Positions 26,196 to 38,869 of a stretch of 64,000 bases of DNA are shown here, piece by piece (position 1 is the stretch's first letter; each line of letters starts with the position of its first letter). Under the pieces are notes generated by a model that saw only the letters and a program-made list of their open reading frames with translations, had not been told where the DNA came from and searched no databases. The translations under genes were made by a program, and so were the position numbers. The stretch is from Eledone cirrhosa (Eukaryota), in contig OZ024743.1 in assembly GCA_964016885.1 (NCBI GenBank), positions 245,272,001-245,336,000 on the forward strand, given 5' to 3'.

Positions 26196-26694
26196 AGAGT
26201 TGATGAAGGTCTAAACCCCAATAGGTACAGTATTCCTGTGGGAAGCAGTGACCCCCCCCCCCTCCTCTCCCCCAGGTATTATGTTTAAAAGATACAAGTC
26301 TGAAGCAAGTAGGAGTTGTAGTTGATCATATTCATTTTTTCCTATCACACTCTCACTCTCTTCTTTAATTAGTCCCTGTTGTTACTATTTCCCTATCATT
26401 ACTGGAGAATGACATTGAAACACAATTTCACATCACGAGTTTTTAAAAACAAATACAATTTTTTTTTTTTTCGGCTTAAGTGACCATCATACATTAGATC
26501 TAATTTTCTTATTGTATATCAGAATATTTAAATCTTAACTGGGGATGCATCGATGAGAAAATTAGTGGCCTTGCCTTAGCTGATACCCTTTAAACAGCCA
26601 AATTTAGCTATAATATTGTGATATAAAATGTGTATTATATTTAATTGTAAGTCATATAGAATATTTAATCACAATTATGCAGCTACTATTTGAA

Positions 26695-26779
26695 AGTGCA
26701 TGATAACTGTAGGAAGTAATATAGTGCATGATAACTGTAGGAAGTAATATAGTGCATGATAACTGTAGGAAGTAATATA
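26695..26779. repeat. 28-bp tandem repeat, 3 copies
   Basis: AGTGCATGATAACTGTAGGAAGTAATAT repeated perfectly. Confidence 0.95.
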
Positions 26780-27589
26780 TATGAGTCAACAAGAAATTGC
26801 TAATGTGCTAAAAATGGAGAAAATTTGACCTTGATGTATAATTTACAATTTCTTAAATTTGATCAAGTTTTATTTTTTAAGTTGAAATAAAAGGATCATT
26901 ATTACTAGGAAATTTTTGAATCCCTTTAATCCTTTAGTATTTAAAGCGGCTGTATCTGGCCAGAATTCTTTCAGCTCTTTCTGTTCAAACGGCCGTAACT
27001 GACCACTCAGTGATATGGTATTGTTTTCAAAATATATATTATTAAAATCTCAGATTCAATATTATGTGAAATAAGGCCTTTACCACGAAAATACAAGATT
27101 AATGTAAATGTTAAAGGGTTAAATAAACATCTAATCGGAATTTTTACAATTTTGACATTCCTTTTTAAAAGATCAGTTTAACATATCTTCTCAGATGGAT
27201 AAAAGGTTCTCTCTCTCTTACTTTAAATTTTAACCTATGGGGAGTTATGCCCTCCTAGTCTGTCCCAAGTAATTTCAGTGCATTTTATCACTCAAAACAG
27301 GACACAAATCTAAGCCTATCAGTGAAATGTAACTAAGAAATATGTATGTATTATGTATTTTTACATGTTGAAGCCAATATGTTTTCTGAATTTCTCTGTC
27401 ACTCATGCTCCAAAACAATAATGGCTGATTATAAAAACCAATTAACAAAATTCTCAGCGCCACTGATACTGATTACCTGCCAATTAATCAGTGTAACCCT
27501 ACTCTTAACATCCTGTACTGCATGAAACTATATTAGCAAAATATCCATGTAAAGTATTAAATAACAGTATAACTTCATCACATAAAATA

Positions 27590-28629
27590 TTGGTCCCCTT
27601 TTGTTTGTGGCATATATTGACATAGATGCCAACTTAAAGAAGGCCACGGTACTGAAATATGCAGATGACATCAAGCTGTACCTTGAAATCAAAAGGACAG
27701 ATCCTGAAATCTACAACTCCCTACAATCAGACCTGGACACAATGCAGCAATGGGTCACAGACTGGCAACTGAAGCTGGTTGTGGACAAGTGTACCACCAT
27801 GCATTTTGGAAGGAAAAATCCAGCGTCCACATACTCCCTCCACAACACTGATACCAAGAAGTCCTCTTGTGAACGTGACCTGGGCATTACTGTCAGCAAC
27901 GATTTGCGTTGGACAAAGCATGTCTCTAAGATTGTCAAGAAGGCTGAGGGTGTCTTGGCATCACTCAGCAACACCTTTGTTAGCCGCTCTCCAGCCATCT
28001 ATTTAAAGCTGTATATAGCTATGGTACGACCACACTTGGAATTCGCATCATCAGTCTGGAACCCCTATCTTGCTCAGAACATTGACCTCCTGGAAACTGT
28101 TCAGAGACGTGCAACCAAGCGCATACCCTCCATCAGACACCTACCATACTCTGAATGCCTTGCTTCCCTGGGCATGGATTCATTGAAGCTCCGACGTCTG
28201 GCAATGGACTTGGTAAACGCCCACAAAATTATTAACCATCTCGCCAACAACAACCCTGAGCACCTTTTTGATCTCCATGTGTCTAACACACGTGGACATG
28301 CCTACAAAATCAGAAAACAGCACAGCTCCCATGACTTTCGTAGACATTTTTTCACGTTCAGAGTTGCTGAAGCATGGAACAAACTCCCTGCGTCAGTTGT
28401 TAGCTGCCAAGACACTGCATCCTTTAAAACCCTCATGCTTCCCGAAATTCGCCAAAACTACACCTGATGTACCCCTTCCATACACATGCACACATGTGTA
28501 TATCATGACTCGTGCACTGTTCATTTTCCTGACATTTGTACATTACCCTATGTACTATACATACACTTTTTGATGAGTTGTAGTGCACCTGAGCACTACA
28601 CAATATTTCATTATTATTATTATTATTAT
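27590..28629 (+). mobile_element. 5'-truncated CR1-clade LINE
   Basis: Open ORF 27601-28467 (YADDIKLY...WNKLP), then 3' UTR and (ATT)n tail. Confidence 0.93.
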
Positions 28630-28836
28630 CAAGGGCGGTGGATTGGCAGTATCGGTAGAGGGTCGGACGCCATGCTTTCCAGCATAGTTACGTCCCTTTA
28701 CGATCTGAGTTCAAATCCCGCCGAGGTTGACTTTGCCTTTCATCCTTACGGGGTCGATAAAATAAAGTACCAGTAATGCACTGGGTAATTTCTGGCCTTG
28801 TGCCTAAAGTAGAAACAATTATTATTATTATTATTA
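28630..28836 (+). mobile_element. Young tRNA-derived SINE (second family), inserted in the CR1 (ATT)n tail
   Basis: A box TGGCAGTATCGG, B box GTTCAAATC, central gactttgcctttcatccttacggggtcgataaaataaagtacc and an (ATT)n tail. Confidence 0.85.
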
Positions 28837-29022
28837 ATATTGCAAATTTTCACAACAATCTATCTACTAGTAAAGATACTATAAGCAAATCAGCTGACAA
28901 GTCTACATAAAGATATTTCCTATTAAATCAGTACATGCTGCTAAGAGTTAAAAAGTAACTTATTTGATTGTGAAGTGAACACTGTTTACTGAACTCTAAA
29001 TGTTTGTCTTTTAATTTACTAG

Positions 29023-29144
29023 TTGACAAGGCTGCCGTGACTCGCGATGCTGCTGCCGAACTGGACCGATTGAATCGTACAAAGAAAACAGTAACTGCAG
29101 ATGGTTCTCCCAGAGGTTCTAATGAGCCAGCCACGCCAACATAG
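29023..29144 (+). CDS. DYNC1LI: Dynein LIC terminal coding exon (helix-2)
   Basis: ctag acceptor. Encodes (V)DKAAVTRDAAAELDRLNRTKKTVTADGSPRGSNEPATPT-stop, matching the vertebrate DVHAELDRITRK motif. Confidence 0.92.
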
Positions 29145-29613
29145 AAGCCTTCTGTAGTCAATATGGCTTTGTGCGGCAGCCAAAAGGATTATAAGTATGC
29201 ATGGATGAATGAATGCTCCACCAGAGAGGACTCTGTCTAGTCATCAGACTCTGTTGCAAACCATTACAGTTGCTGGTTGTTCATGCCCCATCATGTCAAT
29301 GTTACCATACTGATGATGGTGCTGTTAGTACCATATCAGTTGTTAACAGATCTATTCTGATATATCTGGCTGTCTTTTTGTTTTTTAATCCCACTTTTGA
29401 CCCTTTTGTCAGCTCTGCTAGCTCCCACACTAACCCTCTCCACTGCCCATTGTTGCCTTGATACTCCGTTGTTTGGAATCAAAATATATGTATGTCTATA
29501 CATATTGGTATATGCATATGTGTGTGTATATATATATTATATATAATATATATATATATGTGTGTGTATGTATATATATATGTATGTGTGTGTATGTATA
29601 TATATTATATGTA

Positions 29614-29692
<79 letters not shown>

Positions 29693-31157
29693 ATATATAT
29701 ATATATATTATATGTATGTGTGTATATATATATATATAAAGTGATAATAGTGGGATTACTTTACTTTAGCTTGCACCTTCCTGCCCACTTGATAATATCC
29801 CTAGTTATCTTAACCACTGCTAATCTATTTTGCTAACCTATAGCTCCCTTTCATTTACTCGTCTATTTCAAAGACCTATTCTTTTACTGTTATCAATTCT
29901 CCAATTCAGTTTCCTTTTGTTCAGACCTTACCCCTTTTACACTTTTTGTCATTATCACTGTTGTCAAAACAATTGCCAAATAATTGTCTGTTGGCACAGG
30001 TCTCTCTATATTTTAAGGTTAGGTATATTAAAGATGGGCTCCCCTCCTCAGTTTGTTTGCCATAAATAAATATATAAGCAATTATTGTCATACTGAGTTT
30101 TACCATCTTCTATTTTCAATGCTGAAATATGTTCAGTTGGGACTATTAGGATAAAAGAATGCATGGAATAATATTAATAATTATGGAATAAAATAATCTG
30201 TACACAGATAATTGAGTACATTTTAGTGGTTTAAACATTGTTGTATATAGGCTTAAGCTAGTTGTTATTTATTTACCTTCTGCTCTCTAACCCACATTTC
30301 CCTAACCAGTATACAAACAGTTATCCAGAATAATCTTGGATCCATTAGAAAAAAAATCCCTTTTCGCCTCTTTCTAATGGATAAAATAAAGATTATCTGA
30401 GAAACTGAAAGTGACCTCATGCCAGAGATCCCAGCACTGTAAAGGTAGGGACCGAGTATTCCTCTACTTATGTTCCAACATTCTTCTGCAATGCATTCAT
30501 CGCGAATTCTAAGGCCCAGAGCTAACCCTCCCTCCCCCCTCCCCGATGCCGCAGGCCCTGTTGTGTCTCGAGCAGAATCTGTTTTTCTGCTCCTCCCCAC
30601 TTTTGCTGACAGCAGTGGACTATGTGTCAACCTTGTACAGAACAGCATGTTGACTTTAAAAAATAAAATAATAATAATAATTTTAAAAATCCAGAAAATA
30701 AATCAAATAAAAAGGAATGAAAACATACTTAAAACAACTACATCATCCTTGAAAAAAGTGTAAAACAAAATTATTAAAAAAAAACAGTTAAAATGGAAGA
30801 ATGTTTTTGTTAAAATATAATTTATTAACAATTTTGAATATTGTATTTCAATCTTGTTTGAAATACTAATTATGTGTGCATATATATATATGTATGTATA
30901 CATGTTTGTGTATATATGTATATATATATATACTGATATATTAGTATTTCATTTAGGAAGAAAGCAATTATAAAATATTTCAAAATATCCATTGTGTATC
31001 CTTAGATGCTTGTATTTTATTGCGGCTGACTATAATATATATATATAATATATACATATATTTTTTTTAACCCTGAGTTCTGTTCACCAACCCCCACCAC
31101 ATCCCTTAATATCTATGTCCACTCCTCATTTGTTTTTTTTTTCTCTTCTGTAATAAA
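29145..31157 (+). other. Probable Dlic 3' UTR with (TA)n/(TG)n microsatellite and candidate AATAAA signals (30065, 30187, 31152); may extend further (AATAAA at 34187)
   Basis: Sequence following the stop codon that is largely free of transposons and contains several AATAAA hexamers. The true end cannot be determined from sequence alone. Confidence 0.45.
29485..29738. repeat. Compound (TA)n/(TG)n microsatellite
   Basis: Direct inspection. Confidence 0.95.
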
Positions 31158-32146
31158 TTTATTTCAAACTACATCCCTACATTTGTTCTAGCACTGCTCT
31201 AGCTTTCAAAGTGTTCTCTCTCTTATTTTTCTTTTTTTTTGTGTATGTGTGTTTGTTTGTTTCTACTCTTTTGAGGGCACATGGCCTAGTGATTTGGGTG
31301 TTGGACTAGTGTTCGTAAAGTTGTGGGTTCAATTCCTGAATTGGGTGATATATTGTGTTCTTAAACAAGATTTCATGTTGCTTTTCATGATAGGACTAGT
31401 GTCCTTATCATTAAAATATCCAAGAAACCTATTAAATACAATTTCATAGGTGGCCAGCTAAACCTGCATAAGTGTCAGCTGTAAATTTTTTTTTTTTTCA
31501 TTTCCTTAGCTTTCCATGGTCCCCAAAAATATTTTTATTGCTTATGTCAGTGGTGTTCCTTACATAATATTTGTAATTAAAAATAATAATACATGTAAAT
31601 ATAATTTTGCTTTATGTCGAGCAGCAGCAGCCAGTGATGTTAGCCCCTTGCCCTTCCTTCCTCAATATACTGTGATCCCTTACATTGTTGCCAAGCACAG
31701 CAAATAGTATCCCTGGCTCCAGGAATGTTGCTGCTCTTATTCTTCTTTAGGGAATCTGCATGTCACCCATTATTCTCTTTATCTATCTATCTATCTCTCT
31801 CATTATTATATATTAATTTAGTAAGGGCAAGTCAGTGGCCTTTTGCTCTGGCGTTTCTCCTGTGTTTACAGAGCCTTCAGACTGTTTAACTGAACATTTC
31901 AAAATAGAGATGGGCTCAAATAACTACATTGGATTCCTTAGAGAGAGACAGACCCTATAACATATGAGAAACCCCAGAATAATGGGCTATCTGACTTGAC
32001 CGTAATAAACTATTAATCTCTCCTATGGTTTTGAGTACTCATTCTTGCATTTGTCAATACTAGATGTGTTTGTATGTATGTGTATATAATTTATTTCCAA
32101 TGGAAATGACATTTACAGGACTATCACTGTTTCATTATGTTGAAAT

Positions 32147-32326
32147 GTGGATTGGCAGTATCAGTAGAGGCTCGGACGCCATACTTTCCAGCATAGTTAC
32201 GTCCCTTTACGATCTGAGTTCAAATCCTGCCGAGGTTGACTTTGCCTTTCATCCTTACGGGGTCGATAAAATAAAGTACCAGTAATGCACTGGGTAATTG
32301 CTGGCCTTGTGCCTAAAGTAGAAACA
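32147..32326 (+). mobile_element. SINE, second family
   Basis: Near-identical to 28630-28836. 13-bp TSD ATTATGTTGAAAT at 32134-32146 and 32327-32339. Confidence 0.88.
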
Positions 32327-32346
32327 ATTATGTTGAAATCACCAGG

Positions 32347-32407
32347 GAAGTCCTTTCCTGATGAGTTCAACCGAATGAAATAGTCCTAGTCCTGTAGAAG
32401 TCATTTC
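32347..32407 (+). ncRNA. Type I hammerhead ribozyme (probably from a Penelope-like or retrozyme repeat)
   Basis: CUGAUGA at 32358-32364; stem II GUUC-AACC-GAAU; GAAA at 32377-32380; stem III AUAG/CUGU; cleavage triplet GUA (32394-32396); stem I UUUC/GAAG extended by GAAGU/AUUUC. Confidence 0.7.
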
Positions 32408-35400
32408 GATCTAAAATAAATTATGTACCCTCTTTACTTAATGTATCGAGTAACTTACTTAACTGTGGTCTCTTTCTATTCCTTTACGGAAAACCCTTCT
32501 ATATATATATATATGTGTGTGTGTGATTAAAACTTATAGTTTGAAATTTATTTTCACTCATATGAGAAAAAAATAGTTAGGGAATTTCTTAGACAACGAG
32601 TTATGTTAGATGACTTTTCAGTATCTAATTCATGAAACTCACTGTTCTGTGTTCAGTCCTTGTCAGAATTGACATTTCTGAATGTCAATTAGTAAACCAG
32701 TAAGAAACTATGATCTAATTACTCTATCACCCATTTTATATCAACCCAACCAAAACCAGCTCTGGTTCTATGAAACAAAACCAACCATTTTAAAGGGTTC
32801 CTATTTAAATTACAATCTCCAGTTTAATTTTATATAAGAACCATATGTTAAGTTACTATCTAACTAATGAAATAATGATTTTAGTAAATTCCTTGACATT
32901 TTTCACTAATTAATTGAAATGGTATTTCATTAGAAATACAGTCATGGAAGGGCTAACCTCATTTCCCAATAATGACTCTGTGTCTAATAGAAAATCATTT
33001 GTAATTAGCTTTAGTTGTAAAAATTATTTCAATGTTTCTGTTGATTAACCAACCCCTATCACCAACTCAGTCTTTTATCTAACACACCCCTACCCCTTTC
33101 TATGTTTCATTAGTAAATTAGGCCAACAGGGCTTTTATTTCTTAGACCATAATCAATAATGTGCTGAAATTGTTTCACTCTCTTTTCCTCTTAGTGTTGC
33201 TTAACGATGCCAGAAGTAAACTGCAATTTCTGTATCCCTAAATTAACTCTTTGTGCTTTGCTTTCTAACATTGATGAGATGATGATGATCATCATTACAC
33301 CATACCCCCTATATAAAAGGCTAACAATTCAAACCAATAACTAGCCATGTAGGGGAGGGGGACATACTCTAGTTGTTTATTATAACTCTAGGCCACATCA
33401 TTGTTTTCTACTCAGAAAAAGCCAGTGCTTTCTCAAGTGTGTGTGTGAGTGGGTACATGTGTGTGTGCGTTTTGTTTTTTGTTTGTTTGTTTTTTATTTA
33501 AAAAAAAAAAACGAATTTTTATTGTTAAATCAATTTCAGGATGTGAAGTTTTTGAAATCAGAAGCATAATTTCCATGTTTGCCTGCCTGAGTATGGTAAT
33601 TATGTGTGAGAATTATACTACAATCTTGTGTGTGTGTATCTCTCTAGCCTCTCTCTCTCTCTTACTGCAGTCCCCTGTCCTCTCTCAACCATTCTACTAC
33701 TTGTAAACAATGTCTCTCTGCCAATTGACTAAGCGAGTATGTCAGTTACATTCAGTGCATCTTCAAACCCTTAGTGTTGCAGCTGCAGTTATAATGTGGC
33801 CCACTTGTTTGAATGTTAAAATCAAGGCAGATTGCCTTGATTTAACTTATTTTTCTTTGGTGCCGTCACAATCTTTGACCAAAATGTCTAAACTGGTTAA
33901 TTACGTGCTTGTCAAGCTTTCGGACCAACTGATTGTGCCTCAGCTGAACAAGACATTTATTGATTATTATTTTATCATATTATTATTTGTTTGTTTTTGT
34001 TTACCAAGAAATTTGTTATCAGATCTGTTCAAGCTATTTTCACGTCTTTGGTTTGCCAGACGGAGTTTGATTGCTTGTGTAAATGGTATTGTGGTAACTC
34101 TGATTGTGAAGCTTAAGTTCTCAGATGTTTAGATATTGAGCCAACATCTTATTAAAATATTTTCCTGTCTCATAATATTAAAAGAAAAATAAACGAAACA
34201 AAACTACTCTAAAATGTTTATTCAGCTTCTGGGAGTTTTTGTTTTTCTCTCTTTCCTTACAAATATATTTCATTATATATATCAAGTCAGTGAGGTTGGT
34301 GGAAGAATCGTTAGAGCATCAAACAAAATGCTTTGCTGTATTTGTTTTGGCTCTTTATTTTCTGAGTTCAAATCCCGCCAGGTCAATTTTGCCTTTCATC
34401 TTTCTGGAGTTGATAAAATGAAGTAGCAGTCAAGTACTGAGATCAGTTTGACTTTACACTCTCCCCCCAAAACAATTAGTCTTTCTGCTTAAATTAGAAA
34501 TGGATATTAAATGATATGTATCGAGTCAGATGGTGAGAATCATATACTGTGATCAACTGATTAAGGCTACTATATATAAACAATACCTGGTTTGTTATTG
34601 TTCTCAACTTTGCTCTCTGGTTTGGTCAACAGTGTTAATAGAAAGTCCTCTCCCAACTGCTCTCCTTTCAACTATACTGTAAATATATTTTTTAATTAAA
34701 AACCTCTATATTCTCAGTCTTTACTCTAAAACAGCTACAAGGGTTACTTTATAAAACAAATCAGTGGGAGATAAACAATACCTTTCTCTAGAAAGACCCC
34801 AGAGTCACAATAGTGTGATCTTTTTTTTTTCCATGAACCTCAGAGATATGATTTTTATTTTTTTTAAATACTATTTTTGATTTAATCCCCATAGAATTTG
34901 ATACATTTTTAGGTTTAATAAATGTAGTATTTATATATATATATATATATACTCAGAGGCTTAATAAATCCAGTATCTATATATATACTCAGGTTTAATG
35001 AATGCAATATCTATATACACTTGATGGTTTTATTTTCAGAGCTTGACTAGGATATATATATATAAATATATGTTAAACATTGGGAAAATTTGAAACGTAA
35101 TGGTCCCAATGTAAATTATTATGATAATAGTTAATCACTGTAAATCATAGTTGAGAAATGTATTGAGCGAGACCTGTTCCTCCAACTATTATTTATAGTG
35201 ATTGACTATAATTATAGTCATTTATGTTGAGATGACTACATTTCATATATAAACTTGTAAATTTCTTTTGATTTCAAAAGAAACATACTTTTTTTTTTTT
35301 TTTTTTCTAATCTATGATATATTTTATTAATGTAGGTCTAATTTTTGTAACTTAATTATTAATCGTTATTTAACAAATTTAAGTTGTCAGTCAAAATTAC

Positions 35401-36071
35401 CCGGTAATTACAACCTTCATTTCTTCCACTGTTAATTTATCCTTCCATATATTCACTTCTTTCATAGCTGAACCTCTAGATTATGACTGCAATTGCTACT
35501 TTGGCTTCTCCAAGCTGCTCTTTTCATTTACGTTTTTTATACTTGTGTAATATTGTAGCTGGGTGTGGCTCAACATTTAAAATAAAGAACCCTTCACAAG
35601 GAACTGTCTTTGTTTTCTATTTTCTGTTGTTTACTCATCAACAAAATTACTTGATGGTTTTGCAGTTAACCTTAAACAACTTTACTACATTCTCAATCGT
35701 CTTAAGAACCATAAGCACATTGATTTCAACATTCAGTAAACTGGAAGGACATCCAGCCATAGAAATCTTAATAAAAAGGGTAGAGAGGACTCCTAACTCT
35801 TTCATTATCATATTTCTAATGAAAGTCACTAACAATTTTCAATTTTGAAAATAATCAAGGATTTATTAATGTAACTAGCTTTATTTCTGAGCTGGTGTTT
35901 GGAATATAGTTTAACAAAGGTTACTACATAAAATTATAATGGGAAGTTTTAGATAAATATAAGCATTAAAACAAACAGTTTTAAACAATTTAATATCAAG
36001 ACATGCCAGCTTCTCTAGTGCTGGTGCCACAATAAAATGCACTTCATGCACTCAGCATTAGGAAGAGCATC

Positions 36072-37110
36072 TACCTGGGCGATAAAATCAGCAGTGGGGG
36101 AGGGTGCTCTGAAAGTACAGTAGCTAGAGTCAGAACTGGTTGGAAAAAGTTCAGAGAGCTTATACCACTATTAGCTGCTAAAGGGTTCTCCCTAAAAATG
36201 AAAGGCAGGTTGTACGATGCTTGCATACGAACAGCAATGTTGCATGGCAGTGAGACCTGGGCATTGTGTGCAGAGGATATACGCAGACTAGAGAGGAATG
36301 AAGCTTGCATGCTCCGCTGGATGTGTAACAGTAATATACGTGAACGGCAAAGCATAAACGAACTAAGGAAAAAATTAGAGATAAGAGGGATCAGATGTTG
36401 TTTACTCGAGAGAAGGCTACGTTGGTATGGACACGTGATGCGCATGAAAGTCGATAGCTGTATAACAAAGTGCAGGGCAATAAAGATAGACGGTAGCCAC
36501 GGAATAGGCAGACCTAGAAAAACCTGGGACGAGCTGATAAACTCCGACCTCACACACTTACACCTCTCCAAGACAATGTCACTGGACCGAGACCTTTGGC
36601 GGTACTCAGTAACAGAGAAGACTCGCCTTACCTAAATACATAGTAAAACCTACTACAACCAGAAGGCATCTCTAACAAAATACACCCCGTCCCACCACCA
36701 CCACCCCCACCCCGTTCTATGTAAAGTTATGTTGGTGCCGCGCCATCCAGGCCGAAACAAATGAGATCGTGTAGGTGTCACGACAAAACACACAGTCCAC
36801 GCTGTAATGTGGCCGTGTAGGCAACACGGTAAAAACCTCCCAGACCCACACTGTAAATGTGGTTGGTGTTAGGAAGGGCATCCAGCTGTAGAAAACCCGC
36901 CAGACAGTCCACGCTGTAATGTGGCCGTGTAGGCAACACGGTAAAAACCTCTCAGTCCACACTGTAAATGTGGTTGGTGTTAGGAAGGGCATCCAGCCGT
37001 AGAAAACCCGCCAGACAGTCCTATGCGAGCAAGACAACCACTCTTGCCTCAAGTGGGACTACCCCCGTCCAAACCCATGCAAGCATGGAACACAGATGTT
37101 GATGATGATG
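36072..37110 (+). mobile_element. 5'-truncated copy of the same RTE family, inserted into an older SINE tail
   Basis: ORF 36198-36635 is nearly identical to the C-terminus of ORF 9488-11836, followed by a (TGA)n tail. The flanks ggaagagcatct|agccatagaaa form a split SINE tail. Confidence 0.93.
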
Positions 37111-37462
37111 ATCTAGCCATAGAAAGGATGCTGAAAATGGAATGTACTGAGACATGTCCTCCAACACATCTAGGACAGTAATTCTGACCAAGTAATGACT
37201 TGGTCTGAAACTACTCATCTAACCCATGCCAGCATGGAAAAACACAGAATGATGGTGATTCAAGTAGTTCTTACTAAGTGAAAATGATACCTGTCAGTTC
37301 ATGTTAAGCTAGCTCAATACTGAAAGGGCTAGAACTGGGTGGGAGCAATGTAAATTAAAGTGTCTTGTTCAAAGAGACAACATGCCACTGGGAATCAAGC
37401 TTATGACCTTATAATTGTGAGCCTAACCACTGAGCCATACACCATATGTATAAAATCACTGT

Positions 37463-37665
37463 TTAACCCTTTAGCATTTTCATTACCCTATGTATACTAT
37501 TGTATATTCGCAGTAAAGGCATTATCACACATGATATCAAATCTGAGATTTTGATGTCATTTATTTTGGGAACAATACCTTAATGTTAGTTGAGCAGCCG
37601 ATTATGGCTGGTTTGAACAGAAAGTGGTGAGAGAATTCTGGCCGGTTTAAATGCTAAAGGGTTAA
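37463..37665. mobile_element. piggyBac-type MITE family A (related copies near 1516-1715, 26926-27122, 43727-43890, 46341-46538)
   Basis: TTAA|CCCTTTAGCATTT ... AAATGCTAAAGGG|TTAA: terminal inverted repeats with a TTAA target duplication. Confidence 0.8.
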
Positions 37666-38497
37666 TGTCTATTGTGCATGCTTGTATAGGTTAGATAGTT
37701 TATTACGTGAGGCTAGCTAGGTAAAGTGACATCTTGCTCATATGGATCTGTTTTGGGCTTGGTTTCTTAATACCAACCACATTGCAGCATGTACTGGGAG
37801 CTTTTTTTCATGGCACCATCAATACCACTTTACAGAGTAGACTAAGTGCTTTTCAGTCTGGTTTTAGAATGACCACCTAACCAGGGTGGACTAGGTGTTT
37901 TTGTCATGGCACCAGTACAACTACCTTCCAAGGGCTTTTCTTGTTGAGGCACCAACACTATTACTGTGCATGGTGGACTGGGTGTTTTGTTTTGGCACCA
38001 GCACTGGGAGAGCAGGAGTGGAGTGTGCATGGACTATTGAGGTGTTCTCTGTGAGCCTCAGGCATTTAAAAATTTATATATGATAAATGTGTAGGTCACA
38101 GCCAAAACTAAAAAATAGTAGCTCATTACAAAAAGAAGTTACTGATCCTTGCATTGAACTTAATGTAGTATTGAACCATATGTTGAGGTATACTTGTTCT
38201 GCTGACGGCAACTTTACCTTTCATTCTTTTGTGGGGTTATTAAAGTACCAATCCAGAGAAGCTTTGCAGTATCTGAGCAGTCTGAGTTCAAATCCCACCT
38301 CATATCCCTGGGTAAATGATGACAGGATAGGATTGGACCCCTATTGTTAAAACATCAAACAAACCCAGAGGATGTAACTACAACTGGTACATATTCATCC
38401 TGGAAAGATGAAATGTAGTCAGCCTCTGGGATTTGAATTTAGAATACAGAGGACAATCTACTGATTCTGTCACTCTCTGTTTTCCTTGAAGTATTAA

Positions 38498-38743
38498 TAC
38501 AAATAATAATTATTTTTACTTTTGGCACAAGGCCAGCAAATATCCAGTACATTACTGGTACTTTATTTTATCGACCCCCGTAAGGATGAAAGGCAAAGTT
38601 AACCTCGGCAGGATTTGAACTCAGATCGTACAAATAATAATTGTTTCTACTTTTGACACAAGGCCAGCAATTACCCAGTGTATTACTGGTACTTATTTTA
38701 TCGACCCCCGTAAGGATGAAAGGCAAAGTTACAAATAATAATG
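38498..38743 (-). mobile_element. Two truncated SINEs of the second family in tandem
   Basis: Reverse-complement SINE 3' halves, separated and flanked by three copies of TACAAATAATAAT. Confidence 0.8.
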
Positions 38744-38869
38744 GTTTCTTTTGTCGACTGTCAAATGATTAAAGGCAGTCAAACTTAGTAGGATTTGAAC
38801 TTAGTTCATAAAGGGAGATAACTAATCCCTGCAAGGCAATTTCCAAGCAGTCAAGTGTTTCTGCCATAT

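Noticed and set aside
29458-29836. Cys/Val/Tyr/Ile-rich ORFs
   Set aside because: Microsatellite translation artefacts; the same applies at 12499-12840 and 52346-53378.
30265-30763. 127-aa and 97-aa ORFs in a GC-richer patch
   Set aside because: No recognisable domain or clear exon boundaries; likely Dlic 3' UTR.
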